A DNA stretch of 64,000 nt, from the NCBI GenBank assembly GCA_016748015.1, contig JAAOMT010000577.1, positions 478,666-542,665 of the forward strand. Direction: 5' to 3'. Both the position numbers and the translations under genes were made by a program. The stretch comes from Geosiphon pyriformis uo1 (lineage: Eukaryota > Fungi > Glomeromycota). The notes below the pieces were generated by a model. The model saw only the letters and a list, made by a program, of their open reading frames with translations. It had not been told where the DNA came from and made no database searches. Positions 25,263-38,839 of the stretch are shown piece after piece; position 1 is the stretch's first letter; every line of letters starts with the position of its first letter.

Positions 25263-27471
25263 GCAGTAATAATTTGAACAGTAGCTATATAATCTATTTG
25301 ATGATCTAATTGATCTATAAATTGTTTTATGATTATATTATTTGCAAATTCACTATCAAGTATCAATTTAATGTTTATTTTCCCTATTTTAGCATTGGTG
25401 TATATTACCATAATTAATTTGTTTTAGTTAATAACAGTTTTACTGAAAAGGTCAGAGTTATTTAGGTTGTTAACATTGAATGAAAATATAGCAGCAAAGA
25501 TATTATCTTCAGTAATTATGACTAGTAGGATTGTCTTGGTAATTTGACATTGGTTCAAAGTAGAAGAATTAATTATTTTAATTACATTTTTCTTTTCTAA
25601 AAGTGTAGTGCTACAAAAATTTGAAGTTTCTATAAGACTAAGTTATAATATTTAGTTTGTATTGATCATAATAGTAAACTATTTCACTGTATTAGTTGGA
25701 ATAATCTGCTACTAGTTTGTATTTAATTGCCACTGGCATTCCTCCATCTTTGATTATAATTGATTTCTTAAGATTTAGATTGGTTGTAAGTAGGTGCTTA
25801 GTATTGAAATGTTATTGGCACTGTTGTAAATGGCTAATAGTAATTTTGAGGCATTTGTTATATGTACTGTAGTAGTTGATATTGAGATACAGAATATTGG
25901 AATCCTAAAGCTTAAAGATATCTCTGCTGTTATAAATGTTGATTTTTTCTGTTCTGGTCTGCCAACTTTTTTTAGTAGTCTTAAACAATATGTCTGGATT
26001 TCTAATAGTAGTAACAATTATGAAAATCTGATCTTTAGAGTTGTTGTTATTGTTGACCATTCTGTTGTTATTAGTATTTGTTTTTATTGTTGTCTTTTTG
26101 TTGAGATAACTGATAGGTTTTTGTGATTTTAACTAAGAATCTCTCAATTTTTTGAATTAATTTCTTACTTAATTGGGTAATTTTTGTGTTGATATCTAAA
26201 ATTTTGTTAATGGCCAAGTTAATAGCTTAAGTATGATTAGTTTTTTGTTCTGTCAACTTGAAATTACAAGCAAAAATAATTACATCTTGTAGGTTTATTG
26301 AATGACAAAGTTTTACAGATAGTAGAATACTGTTTCTTAATCCCTTAATAAATTGATTGAGGACTTGTGCTATAGTATAGTAATCTCTTTCTATTGCCAG
26401 TATCTGTCAAAAAATTTGATTAAACTGTTTAAGATAAGTAGTTACTGCTTTATAATTTTTTTGTTTTATTATACTGAATTGATTTTGTAACTAAATGAGC
26501 ATATTAAAATTACAAAAATACTGTAAAAAGACAAGTTTGAAAGCAGCAAAGTCAGTTGGTTTCTTTTCGAGACTTTAGTACCAGGAGTTTGCAATTTCTA
26601 TTAAAAAAAAGGCAGTGCTTGAATGGTTTTGGTATCATCCCAATTGTTGGTAATAATTACTTTCTCTGTTTCTACTATTCAGGTATATGTGTTATTTTCT
26701 TCACCAGAGAATTTCTCTAGTTTAGCAATATTTTAATAAGCTATTATCTAAGTAACAGAAAGTAATTTATTTGTTAATAACAAAATTTTTGATGGCAATA
26801 TACTGTATTGTTTTCCAAATACTAATGTTGGTTGCTTTTTTTTGTTATTAAGGCCAATGGGTGACAGGATGGCTGTTTTTTTGTAGGAGTGGTTGTTAAT
26901 TCTGTTAAGGGCTATACTATTGGTAGTGCTTAAAACAATGTGCTTTTACCAAGTTGGCTGGCAGTTGGAGTAAAATTCCTAAATAATAATTTATATTTTC
27001 CTAAGAATTTTGTTTAAAAATTATTATTGTGGCCCCAAAAGTACAGAATTCCAGGAGTTCTTGGAGTTTTTGTTTGTGTTTTTGTGAATTGGTTAAATAA
27101 AATATTATTTTTTGGGGCCTGATAGTATAAAAGAATGGTTGGTGAGAGAAACCTTAATTTCTTGTTAATTGTAAATTGAGTTTGTTTTTGTGTAACTGTT
27201 ATATTATCAGATTCAGACTCAAATTTTGTAAAGTCAGGCTTTACTATTTGTTTTCTTTTTACTTGAAAGTACTATTGTGCTATGTATTCTTTGATTTTTC
27301 TATTAATTATATAAAAAGTCTCAGCTATGGCTCAGATAATAGTTTTTGCTAAGTATGTCAATAATTTTTGATGAATTTGTTTTCTGAGTTTTCTTGTGTT
27401 TATTGTTTGGTCTAATAAACAGTCAATTTTGGTGTACAAATAATAACAAAAATTACTTTCTGTGATAATAG

Positions 27472-28372
27472 TATTACTCATAAAATATAAAAATTATATT
27501 AACATATAAATTAGCCAATCAGAAGTAAATATAATAAATAAAAAATTCCAGAATTTCTCTTAAAAAAATTGTAGAATTTCAAAATTACAGGATTCTTGTA
27601 TAAAAAATTGTGGAATTCCAGAATTGCAGAATTCTTTTCGAGGAATTACAGAATTCCAGAAATTGCAGAATTCCAGGAATTGCAAAATTCCTGGTGTAAA
27701 GAATTAAAAAATTAAGAAATTTCAATTATGTATATATAGTGGTAGCATTAAAAACAGAAAAAACAGACTTCTAAGTTTCACTTCTTAGTTAGCATTCATA
27801 CATTTACACTATTAATAAATATACTTATTAATTATATCAATTCAATTATACATTATTAACACTTTATGTTGATAGTAACTTATACTTGATCATACTGGAA
27901 CAATAGTTCTTGATTATGGCTATTAATAGGATACTAACTTAATTGCCTTGGCTTTATTTTATGCATTTTTTTTTTATTTTTTTATTTTCTTTTGTTGTTT
28001 TTTGTTGTTTACTAATTGATTAAAGATCAAGTACTGAGTTATTAACATCAAAAATAGACTAGTAAAAGATTCAAAAATAAGAGTAGTGAACTCAGAAATT
28101 AAGAATAGCTTACCAGAAGAGTATAACTGCCAAAATAAACTGGCTATTATGCTGAAAAAAGAAATTTGATAGAATTGGAATTCTGGGAGGCTACAGATAA
28201 AACAACTATTGAATCTCTGTTCATTATACAAAAACTCAAAACCAAAACCTTCAGATAAACAAACCTTTTAAAGTAACAAAACCTTTAGAGATTATTATCA
28301 TTATAGCAGCTATTAAGTACCAAGTTATAGGTTTGTTATTTGTTTTGAGATCCCATATAATTACCTGTAACA
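27472..28372 (+). repeat. 5' LTR of Gypsy-3 with GAATTC/GAATTGC-rich minisatellite (~27545-27700)
   Basis: TATTACTCA...TGTAACA; the 3' half is similar to the Gypsy-2 LTRs; followed by the PBS. Confidence 0.8.
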
Positions 28373-28374
28373 TT

Positions 28375-28391
28375 TGGTGCTTTCTGTAAAG
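28375..28391 (+). promoter_or_regulatory. Primer-binding site (TGGTGCTTTCTGT...)
   Basis: TGG follows the LTR end CA after 2 nt; a decayed counterpart tgatactctctgtaagg sits at 16241. Confidence 0.7.
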
Positions 28392-31300
28392 TATAATCCT
28401 ACAGAAAACCAGCACCAACAACAATTAATCAAAAGTGACAGAATTAGAAAAAATAAGAACAAACCATTTAAGATTTGCCAAATTCTTATTTCAACATTAT
28501 TGTTAACACTTGAGATTAACCAGCAATCACCTATTAGTAAAATCAGTCTTTAATTTTTATGTCAACAAAAGAATTTTTTATTTTTTAGAAGCACTAGTAG
28601 ATACTGAATCAACAAGAGAAAATTTTTACAATAAATTAATTCAAAACACCAGCTTACCAGTAATTTATAATTTCACATCAATTTTTACTAAAATCAATTG
28701 AGAAATTGAAAATCACACTCAACAAAGATATCTAATCACCTATGCAAACAAGGGCAAGAGAAAACTACAAACATCAGCAATAATATTTTAGAAAATACAA
28801 CTACCTACTTGAAAGAAAACAAGAGTTGAATTACCAACCAATCCATCTTACTACTATATACTTAGAAGTGCCATCAACATCTTATTAATAGGTGCATCCA
28901 TATTAAACATGAAAACAGCATTGACCCAACTTCTATTTTAAAGTAAATAAAAGAAAGCAGAATTATTAGAAACTTACAATATTTATTTTGAAAGATTTAA
29001 TTCATGATCACCAATGCCATTAGGATTTCAATTACTACTATCTCAACCAGATTTTGGAACTGCCAGTCTTTGAAAGATCATAGAATCAAACAAAAAGATA
29101 AAAATTAGGAATTTAAGTATTAAAACTCAATTCCAGAAAACCCAGAATTTGAAACTCTGATTGTTTTAACTTAGCCAAATCAAAACAATCCAAACTTTAT
29201 AATTATTAATTAGCAGAATCTATCTTCAATAATTGTAATTGATCCACTACCAGTTGTCACATCATCTCAATAGTTACAACTATAACCACAACCACAACTT
29301 TAACCACAACTTTAACAACAACTATCAATTACACCAATAGTATTTGTTCCAATTGCAAAACTTGAAAAATTCACTAGTGAAAAAAATAATGCTCAAGCCT
29401 AAATAAATAATGTCATCAAAGCAATTATGGCTAATAATTGAAATAATAACAGAGCCTTTTAGACAATTCCATATTTTTTACAAGATACTACTAACTTGTG
29501 GTATTAAAGCTTGGCCCAAAAACCTCAAACATTTGATGTATTCAAACTGAAATTTCTAAGATATTTTAGTAATAATAACAGTATCAATTGCCTAGCCAAT
29601 GTTTTTATTACTATTAAACAAGGAAATACTGAAGCAGTTACCATATACTTAGGACGTTTTCATCAGAATCTACACCAAATCTGAGCAATTGATGCAGCCT
29701 ACTTTACAGAATCCCAAATTTTGAATCAATTTATCTGTAGTTTGCACAGTAGCCTTCTCCAATGCATATGTTCATTACATTTAGCTGATTTTCAAGCCAC
29801 TATTACCTATGTCAGAGACTTTAAATTAGCTGAACTCGAAGTTAACCATGCCCAGACTGTAAATTTAATAATAAATAGATCATCTGAATTGGATTTTAAG
29901 CTAAAACAATTTAATAATTTGATCAATCAAGAAATTGAAGGGTACTTAGCTAACAGCAATCAAGCAATTTATCAACTGTCACAATGACACAATAGTCAAA
30001 AAAACTCAGATTAGGCCTGAAATTAGTTGTATCTATTATCAGCAATCAATCAACAGTGACAAATAGAAACACATAGCTGCCACTATTGTGGTAGACAAGA
30101 TTATTTAAAAATTGACTGCCATATTTGCTTAAATAACTAATGATTGAGAAATCAATACCAAAATCCCAATTGCTGATTTCAAGTTCCAAATCAGTATCTG
30201 AATCAAAATCACTATCAAACTTATTACATATAAATGACATAGCAGCTAATTTACTAATCTCTAATTTATCAAATTCCAGCACCAATTATTTATTAACCAC
30301 AGCTGTAAATAATATATCAACCACAACAAATCCAAAACCTGCCACAAATTTTAACTTAGATGTCACCCAGAAATTAAAGACCAAAAACCATTGAACAAAA
30401 CTAGAAATCAGTAATAATTATTCATTAACCAATTTTCAGTTTTTTCAACCAAGCATTAGGATTATGTTTACGTAATTTGGAGATGAGTTATACTCAAAAC
30501 CTGAATTCCCAGAACTACTTAAGTCTTTTGATCACCCCAAAAAATGCCCAATACAATAACCTGGAACCTAATCAATAGCAGCCACTTACCAACAATATTC
30601 CACCAACAACTATTACTGAAAACAAATTCCTTACAGTAATTTTTTTCTTCAAAATAAAAGAATCAACTATTACATTATTATTTAATGAAGTTACTCTTAA
30701 CACAAAGCCTATTACAGCAATATATATGAATGCCAAAGTTAATGGTTATCTTATTAAACTAATATTAAATAGTGGTTTAGCAGACAACATAATTACATAA
30801 CAACTCATGAACCAGCTAGATTACTGAATTGATTACACTGCTAGTGTCAAAATTATCACTGCTAATAGAGCTACCAAAACTCTAATTGGTGAAATTAATG
30901 ACTTCCTATTTGAAGTTAATGGTATCACTATACCCATCAAAGTATTAGTAATAGAAGCTACTCAATACTAAGTCCTTATTGGTAATAACTGGCTGATAAA
31001 GACCAATGCTGTACTCAATTAGACCACTCAAGAATTGCAATTCAGCCAAAATGGCCAGCACACATGAGTACTAGCAACTTGCAGTCACTTTAAACCTACA
31101 AATCTGCCAGCACCACTAATTAACATCAAAAAAGAAGTAAACAAACCTATCTAAAAAGCCTACCAAGTCTTGTAGATTGACATTAACCACAATAAACTGT
31201 CACTAGTACTCTCTTGGAATGACAAGAAAAAAAGGAAAGAAGAAGATAAACCCAAAAAAACCACAGCTGCTAAAGAAATAACTAGTGGCTAGGAAAGATT

Positions 31301-33979
31301 ATACTTACACAAACTTATCAAAAAACCACTATATATCTTACTCAGATACAAGAACTGTAGAAAAAAGCTGTCTTCTATGGGAGCATAGATTGCATCAAAT
31401 AAAGACTATTGGACATATATGCATTATTACTCTAAGCCATGCCACAGAAAATACTACAGATATCCAAAACAACAAGAAAAATAGGACAATAAATGATGTT
31501 TTGCTTGTGAAGAAACCCTACTTAACAAAATAATATGAAATGACATTTCTGGTTGAGAAGAAATATGTAATGCATTGTGCCAGTACACAATCCTTATAAG
31601 CAATTGGATTGGTTGTAGAACATCTATCAATATAACATGGTGTCAAGCAATTTCTCACTTAAATAGATACTCATATGACAAGAACAAAATCTGGTAAATA
31701 GTGAATGCCAAAATAGAAGGCACTTTACCCAGTAAGATCTTGAAAATAAAAAACAATATACCAGAACCAGTTAAAGTTGTTCTCATTTCCAACTCAGACA
31801 TATTTTTGAATATTGAAGCAGATTCAGAAAAGTTCTATAAACACTACCAGAATTTAGCACTCACAAAAAAAGAGCAGAAACAGCATTTAGAACAACTAAA
31901 CACTTAACTATGTAACTATTGTTTGATCTCATGTGACTTCCAATATTGTAATTAGTATAACCTTATTTACAATCTACTAATACACATAATCTACATAATT
32001 TCCAAAGAGGAAGAACCAATTAGCAATTGTATATTAGAATCAAAATTGACATTTAATCCTGATTCAAATTTCAATTACAATGACAACAATAGATCCAGCT
32101 CTGTTTAAAATGACAATAATAACAACAATAATTTGGACTCTGATTAAAACTTAAAACAATATATTGTACTTTTTGATCTCTCTAAGAAGCAAAAACTTAA
32201 ATGGTTCAGTAATAATAATAAAGGTATTATGCCAGAATGTACACATAATACTTATGTAGGGTTTGATCTAAGATATCCAAGAAAAAATGCCATTAAATTA
32301 GAACCACATTTATGTCCTTGTATTGATCTAAAAGTAGCACTGAAAATTTCAGCAACAATAATAGTTTAATTAGCATCTAAGAATAGTTTAGCAAAAAAAA
32401 GAATTAATATTAGAGGGAAAATAATTGATACAGGATATGTAGGAAATATTATTGCAATGTTATAAAATAATTCAGAAAAAACTTATATCATAAAGCCAAA
32501 TGAAAAAATAGCACAGGCAATATTCTTGTCTTTGGTTAAAGTGGCTTAGTTAGTATCAGTAAAAAATAAGGAAAAATTAGAGATTACAGCTAAAAAGATT
32601 AGTAAATTCGGATCTACAAGTAGAATAGATGTACTGATTAATATGGGAAAGAAAAAAATTATTGACAAGAAAGAAATTATTTTTACTTGTCAATCAGTTT
32701 CTATCTCATCATATGACAAATATATATTAATAGTAGAAAGAAAAGTGAAAGATCAATTACAGATTTTTAAAGCCAAGCCAACTATTTGCAAATCAGGGAA
32801 AATTGGGCTTACCAATTTTTACATACCAGTTAAGAACAACAATTACATTAAAATTCCCATCTACAATACAATTAGAGATTTTATAGAAATAACAAAAAGA
32901 ACCATCATCAAATACTTAACCACTAAAGTTGAAAAGCAACCACCAAACTCTATTCCAGATTTTCTACAACTATGTAGATATGTGGATATCACATCACAAA
33001 CAATCTATGAATGAGAAAAATGTTATTTGCTCTAACCAAAACAATTAAAGCAAATAAACTTAGAAAACTTGAATTCACTTTAACAAATACAACTTAAAAT
33101 ATTATTCAATAATTTTACTGACATCTTTGCCAGTAAGAATGAATTTGACAGAACTAATATTATCTAACACCAAATCAAGACAGAAGATACAATACCAATT
33201 AAACAACAAGCATATCAGGTACCACCAGCAAGCCATGAAATCATACAATAAAAAATAAACCAGATATTAGACAACAGGTTAATTCAACTATCAATAAATC
33301 TATGGTCTTTACCAGTTGTATTGATCTGAAAAAAAATTGGAAAATTTTGATTTTGTGTGGATTACTGAAAACTAATAAAATAACAAAAAAAGATAGCTAT
33401 TCAACTTCAAAGATCCAAAAATTCTTTGATGCATTTGGAAAAAAAAAATGGTTCTCAATATTAGATTTGAATAGTAATTACTGGCAAGTAGCTATAAAAC
33501 CAAAAGATAAGAAAAAAACAGTGTTTACAACCTAAAAAAAAAATTTTGAATTCAATATTATACTTTTTGGCTTAATGAATACTCCAGCCATCTTCCAATA
33601 GCTAATAAAAATTGTTTATAAAAGACTATTATAAAAATCAGTAGTTGTGTATTTAGATGACACCAATGTATTTTTAAAAACATTTGATAATTATTTTCAT
33701 CATCTACAACAAGTGTTTAAAAGACTGAGACAAATAAAACTAAAGTTAAATACCACCAAGTGCTTTTTTGGAAAAACAAAGTTGAAATTTTTGGGACATG
33801 TAGTAAGCAAAGACAGAATTAAAACAAATCCAGATAAAATAAAGATAGTAAAGAACTTTTTAGTACTAACAAACTTGATGAAACTAAGAGCATTTTTGAA
33901 ATTTGCTGGATATTACCAGTGTTTTATCAAAGACTTTTACAAATGAAAGAAAGAAGTTTTTTTTATGCTTCCCAAATTA

Positions 33980-34680
33980 ACAAGTCTTTAAAACTATTTT
34001 TCTTAAACAATTTATAAATAATAATACTTTAATTACTTTTTATAATTAAATAAAAACTAATTGAATTTGTTATAATTTATATTAAAAAGTTTAACAAACT
34101 TTTCAGAAAAATTTGTCAATTAAAAACAAATACTTATTACTTTAATGCTTAATTTTTAATTAATTCATTACTAAACTTAAATACAAACTTATTAAAAAAG
34201 TTTATTTACATGCTTTAACAAATTTAATTATTGTTATTATATATATATAAAATATAAAATAATAATAAAAAAATAAAACACACTAAATTTGTTAATTTAA
34301 CTATAAGCAATCTTAGTTTAACAGCTAAAAAAATTGATCAACTTATCAAAAAAGTTGAAACTTATTTTGCTAATTAATAATAAAAGTACAAATTATTATA
34401 ATAAAAAAATTAAAAAAATTTATTTTTATTTAATAATAATTAAATTTTAAATTCAAGTTTTTATTATTATAAAATTCTAAAATACTAAAAATATGATTGC
34501 TAAAAACTACAAAAAAATTAACAATAAGAGAATAATTTATATTATTTTTTTTAATAGCAAATAATTATATAATTTATTATTATCTGCTTATTATTTACTA
34601 AAATTACAACTTACTTATTATTAATCTGTTTTATTATAATCATAATACTATTAATAATTTTTAATACAAAATACTTAAGT
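33980..34680 (+). mobile_element. Decayed gag fragment of another Gypsy subfamily
   Basis: Remnants of FKT.FLEQF..NNT, AQ.L.QFI..L and TKFVNL...EKIDQL.KKVE.YF, paralleling the gag of Gypsy-2 and Gypsy-3. Confidence 0.55.
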
Positions 34681-35330
34681 ATTTATTTTTATTTTTAGAT
34701 GTAAATTTTATTAGATTTATATATAAGTAATTAAAATTGAATTCTAATATAACTAAATTTATTTAGAATTTAATATTATTAGTTTAGTTTTTTATAAAGC
34801 CTAAAAAATTTATTATGCCAAGAAATTTCAGAATTTTTACAAAATTAAATTTTAATAAATTAATTTGGCAATTGATAAACACATAGAAAATTTTATAAAT
34901 TATAAAAATAGTATAATATATAGTATTTTAAAATATTTTTTTTGCAAAATAGTATTAAATTATTTAATTATTAAAAGTAAATTTGTTTTGGTTTTTAACA
35001 AAATTAAATTATTAGTGAATTCTATAATATTAAAATAGATTAAAAATTAAATTATTTTTAATAAAATCTTTTCTTTATAATTTCAACAATATATGTTATT
35101 GAATTTTGTTAATAATAATGTTTTTTTAAGTATAATAAATAAGATTTTTATAAATAAGCTTTTTATAGTAATAAAATTATTCTTTATTAACAAAATAACA
35201 AGACTTTTTAGTATTTTTAATAAACTTTAACAATATATTAATATGAGGATTTTGGATTTTTTTTGGTTTTGTTAAATTTTTATTTAATTTTAAAATTAAT
35301 ATTTATTTAATAAAAACATATATAAATTTT

Positions 35331-35903
35331 TTTTATTTAATTTAACAAGTACAGTTTATTTATTATCTAATATACAAAAACAAACTAAGTAAATCTAATT
35401 AAACATAACTTATATACTTACTATATATAACTAGTCATTTAGACTAATCAAAACAATACTATATATTTGTACAAATCTTTATACTATTATCTATATCTAA
35501 AATAACAAACATATCTTATACAAACCAAAATTAACAGCAAACAATTCAATAATACCAAGTAAATAAACTATTTTAGCTAACAAATAACCAAACTGGTTAT
35601 AAAAAATAATAAATAAAATTTTATTATTATTAACTAAGCCATTTTTTTTTATATTTGCTCTAAACTTTAACCTAAATATCTTCAACTTTTTGCAATGTTT
35701 TTTAACCAAATAGTAAACAAAATCAATTACTATTAATATAGCTTTCTCTCTATTATTAAAAACTGTTACTATTTCATTAATTTACTCTCTAAAAACAAAA
35801 TTCTTATACAAAATTGTGTACAACCCAATATTAAAAACACCCAAAAAAAGAGCATACAACACTAATAAAGACAATAAAAAGCAACTCACTACCAAAAACT
35901 TTC
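35331..35903 (-). mobile_element. 5'-truncated LINE (ORF2 C-terminus, 3' UTR, tail), same subfamily as the relic at 1-3680
   Basis: The reverse complement of 35341-35460 matches 3541-3660. 10-bp TSD TATAAATTTT at 35321-35330 and 35904-35913. Confidence 0.75.
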
Positions 35904-36896
35904 TATAAATTTTAATAATTTTTAAATTATATGATTGAAATAAAATCTTAATAAATACTTATTTTATAGTATTAATTGAAACTGTTTGTAAAAATTTATT
36001 AAAATTGTTTTTAGATTATATTTTTAATATTTGTAATAATAATTTTTAGTTTTAAAAAATATATCAACTTTATTACCAATTTTTACAATTAATTTAATTA
36101 TAAAAAATATATTAAAAAAGATCATAAACTGAAATTAGTTTTACAAAGTATGTACAAAGTTATGATTTTGTTAAATAATTATATTTAAAAAACAATTTGT
36201 TAAAGATTAAAATATGTTTTAAATTTATCAAAATTTTTAAAAATATTTACATAAACTATTTAAATTGTGTTATAACTGATTTTAAGCTAACTAATAGCTA
36301 TAAAATTTATAATAATTTAAATCAGAATAAAGTTTTTTTTTTTTTGCTATGACATATTTTTTATGATTTTTTTTTGTATAAAGTAAAAAAACATAAACAA
36401 TTTTTGGCTATTATATTATATATAAATATATATCAAAAACAAATTGTATTAATATTTAAATTAAATTAACAACAGTTATACTATAACTTAATATATTTTC
36501 AACTTGATTAGTGAATTTTTTAGAATTAATAATATTTTTAGTAACAAATATATTTCTGATGCTAATTTATTTATTAGTAATTTACCAATTATAATTACAA
36601 AAAAAAGATATAATATTATTTAGAATTTTTTTGTTTATAAATAGTTTCTTTAAATTTAATATGTTTAAAATTTATTCAGATATAAAAATTTTTTCAAATA
36701 TAGTTCTAAAAAAATTATTTTTAATAAATAATTTTTTTATTTGATTTTAATTATATTTTAAGTAAAATTAAATCAAACTCTTTCTTTCGTTGATCTCCTG
36801 ACCATAACGAGAGCATAGAGTAGTCAAAGAAATATCTTTCTTTTCCCTTATTCCCTTCTGTTCTCTTTAATTATTTCTTTACATACACCTTAGTTC

Positions 36897-38839
36897 ATGA
36901 CAATGGATCCAGTAGGCTCTTCTGCTGGTGGGTCAGCATCTGGTTCAGCTGGTATGGGGACCCGTTCTGGCACTAAAAAAAAGGTGCACGTTGAGAGTGT
37001 TTACGCTCGTGGTCCATCTTACAAGAAAGCGAAGAAACCTGATGATTCTGGTGTTGTTGTGAATTCGTCAGCTGGCCCTCTGTCTGTGGACATGCTACAT
37101 GGTGGCGTTGACGACTGGAAGAAATCTTGGGGTAATGAAATGGACAGCGAGGAATCAAGTATTGGCGGGACTTCTGACGTTGAAAACATAAAGAACACGA
37201 TTGTGGAAGAAACAAGCTACGTCGATTCTGACACTTCCAGGGATGACGAACTAATGGGTAATGCTATGTCAAAGGGTTTGAGAACGAGAACGTACGTATT
37301 TGAACACCCGCCTAAGCAGCCTTCTTTCATTGATGTGGGTGGTGCTGGTGACGTTTTGGAGCTCCTTTCTTGCACGTTCAATGAATCTAATCAGTTGTTG
37401 CCAGTCGCGTCACGTGATTGGGAGATTCGGAGTTTTATTTCGGTGAAATCTTTTGCATTGGATATTGAACTTTCTGCAATAAGTTGATTTGTGTAAAAAA
37501 AATTTTTTATCAAGTTGATGGTTTTGGGGGGGCTTCAACTCCCTCAAAATTTCCTGGAATAATAAGGTCATCATTTACATCTGAAAAAAGTTTGATTAAG
37601 GCAAAGAAAATGGCAATTAGTGAAAAAATTTTGGTAAATGATGATCTAAGAAAAGTAAACAGCCGTTCGGATCGGGAGGTGATCATCAAGGAAATCCCAG
37701 TAGATCTTCCCAAATCAGTGATTGAGGCAGTGTTCTCCAAATTTGGCAAGATTATTTCAATCAAAGTGCAGCTTATTGGTCTTTGGCAAAAGGCCCTAGT
37801 GGAATATGAATCATCTGAGATAACTGATTTGGTTGCGGCTAGATGGTTTGTGCTCATGGGAAAAGATTCTGTTCATGTGGCAAAGGCAAGTGTTGATAAA
37901 TAAACGTGGGTATCTAAGGATCAGCATTGGGCATTGCTTTACACTCTTCCAGTTGGCACCACTGCCCATGATTTGTCTGCATTGGTGGAGGTCTATGGTG
38001 GGAAAACTTGTTTTATTGGCCGTAATCCATCTTCATATATTCGTGATCAGTATGCTGTGATCTGTTTTGAGAGTGAGGCATCTAAGTTGGCTGCTATTGG
38101 TTCGGTTCTGGTTTTCAAGGATGTGAGTTTGCATTGGGCTGGTCTATCTTTGGCCTGTTGTACAGTGTGTAAACAATTTGGTCATGTTTCTGATGTTTGT
38201 TCTATGGGTGGAAATTCTGGTGCTCACAGTAAGCGGGTGGTAACTTCTCAGAATTGGGTTCGTCTGGCTAATGTATATAGGAGGAAACAGGCTTCTATTA
38301 CTTATCCAGTTTCCTTTGGTGGCAAGACATGGGCCCAAGTTGCTAGTGGCACTTCCTTTTGTGTGGTTTCTTCAGGTCCTTTTTCTGTTGGTGCTAGTTT
38401 CGGTGCAGGTTCTGCCTTGGTAGAATCCTCCCCTTCTGATATCTCTGGTTTGTGCAGTCAGTTGGCAATTTTGGAATGCTCTTTGGAGCTTTTGGCAGAC
38501 CGAGTTTCTGCCATTGTGAAGAAGCTGAGTTGTGTTGAGGTGGTTTCTTCAGAGTCTTCTTTTCTAGCCTCTCATTCCGTTGCGTTTGCTTCTCTGGCCT
38601 CATGCGTGGATTTGAATATAGTACTGGACGTTCCGTCAATGGCCTCTCCTTCTCTTTGCCCTACCATTGATAATGCCAATCCTGATTTTGGTTCCAGTAG
38701 TTTGAAGGTTCTAACTGCCAAGATTGGTGGTTTGGAGTTAAAGTTGATGGCTTTGGATGCATCAGTCAGCTCAGTGTTGGCAAGACTGGATATGTTGTGT
38801 TCTGGTTTGGGTTCTTCGGTTCTCTTGTCTTCTCAATGA
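36897..38839 (+). pseudogene. LINE A ORF1 (two RRM-like folds, CCHC knuckle, C-terminal coiled coils), disrupted
   Basis: VIIKEIPVDLPKSVIEAVFSKFGKI, CTVCKQFGHVSDVC and heptad repeats; small frameshifting deletion at ~37480 and CAA>TAA at 37901. Confidence 0.85.

Larger units (their letters stand above)
8547..27471 (-). mobile_element. Gypsy-1: decayed Ty3/Gypsy LTR retrotransposon, interrupted by Gypsy-2 (15238-25262); 5' end and 5' LTR missing
   Basis: Minus-strand remnants: gag 27471-26100, Zn knuckle ~25980-26020, protease LILDS ~25360 continuing at 15237, Cys-rich region ~14790-14190, dUTPase ~14060-13590, RT (FCVDY, LDLAS.YWQ, VYLNN from YLDD) 12970-12300, RNase H 12230-11790, integrase 11560-10400, PPT, 3' LTR. 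Confidence 0.85.
27472..33945 (+). mobile_element. Gypsy-3: 3'-truncated decayed Ty3/Gypsy element inserted in Gypsy-1 gag
   Basis: 5' LTR, PBS, gag (29340-29990), PR (~30760), Cys-rich (~31330-31990), dUTPase (~32220-32620, gggtttgatcta = GFDL) and RT with intact YLDD (33650-33661); homology ends at ~33945. Confidence 0.88.

Noticed and set aside
36761-36840. HDV-like or hammerhead ribozyme, or Pol III B-box, at LINE 5' ends
   Set aside because: Hairpins are present, but I could not fit the catalytic core motifs or a proper GTTCRANNC box.
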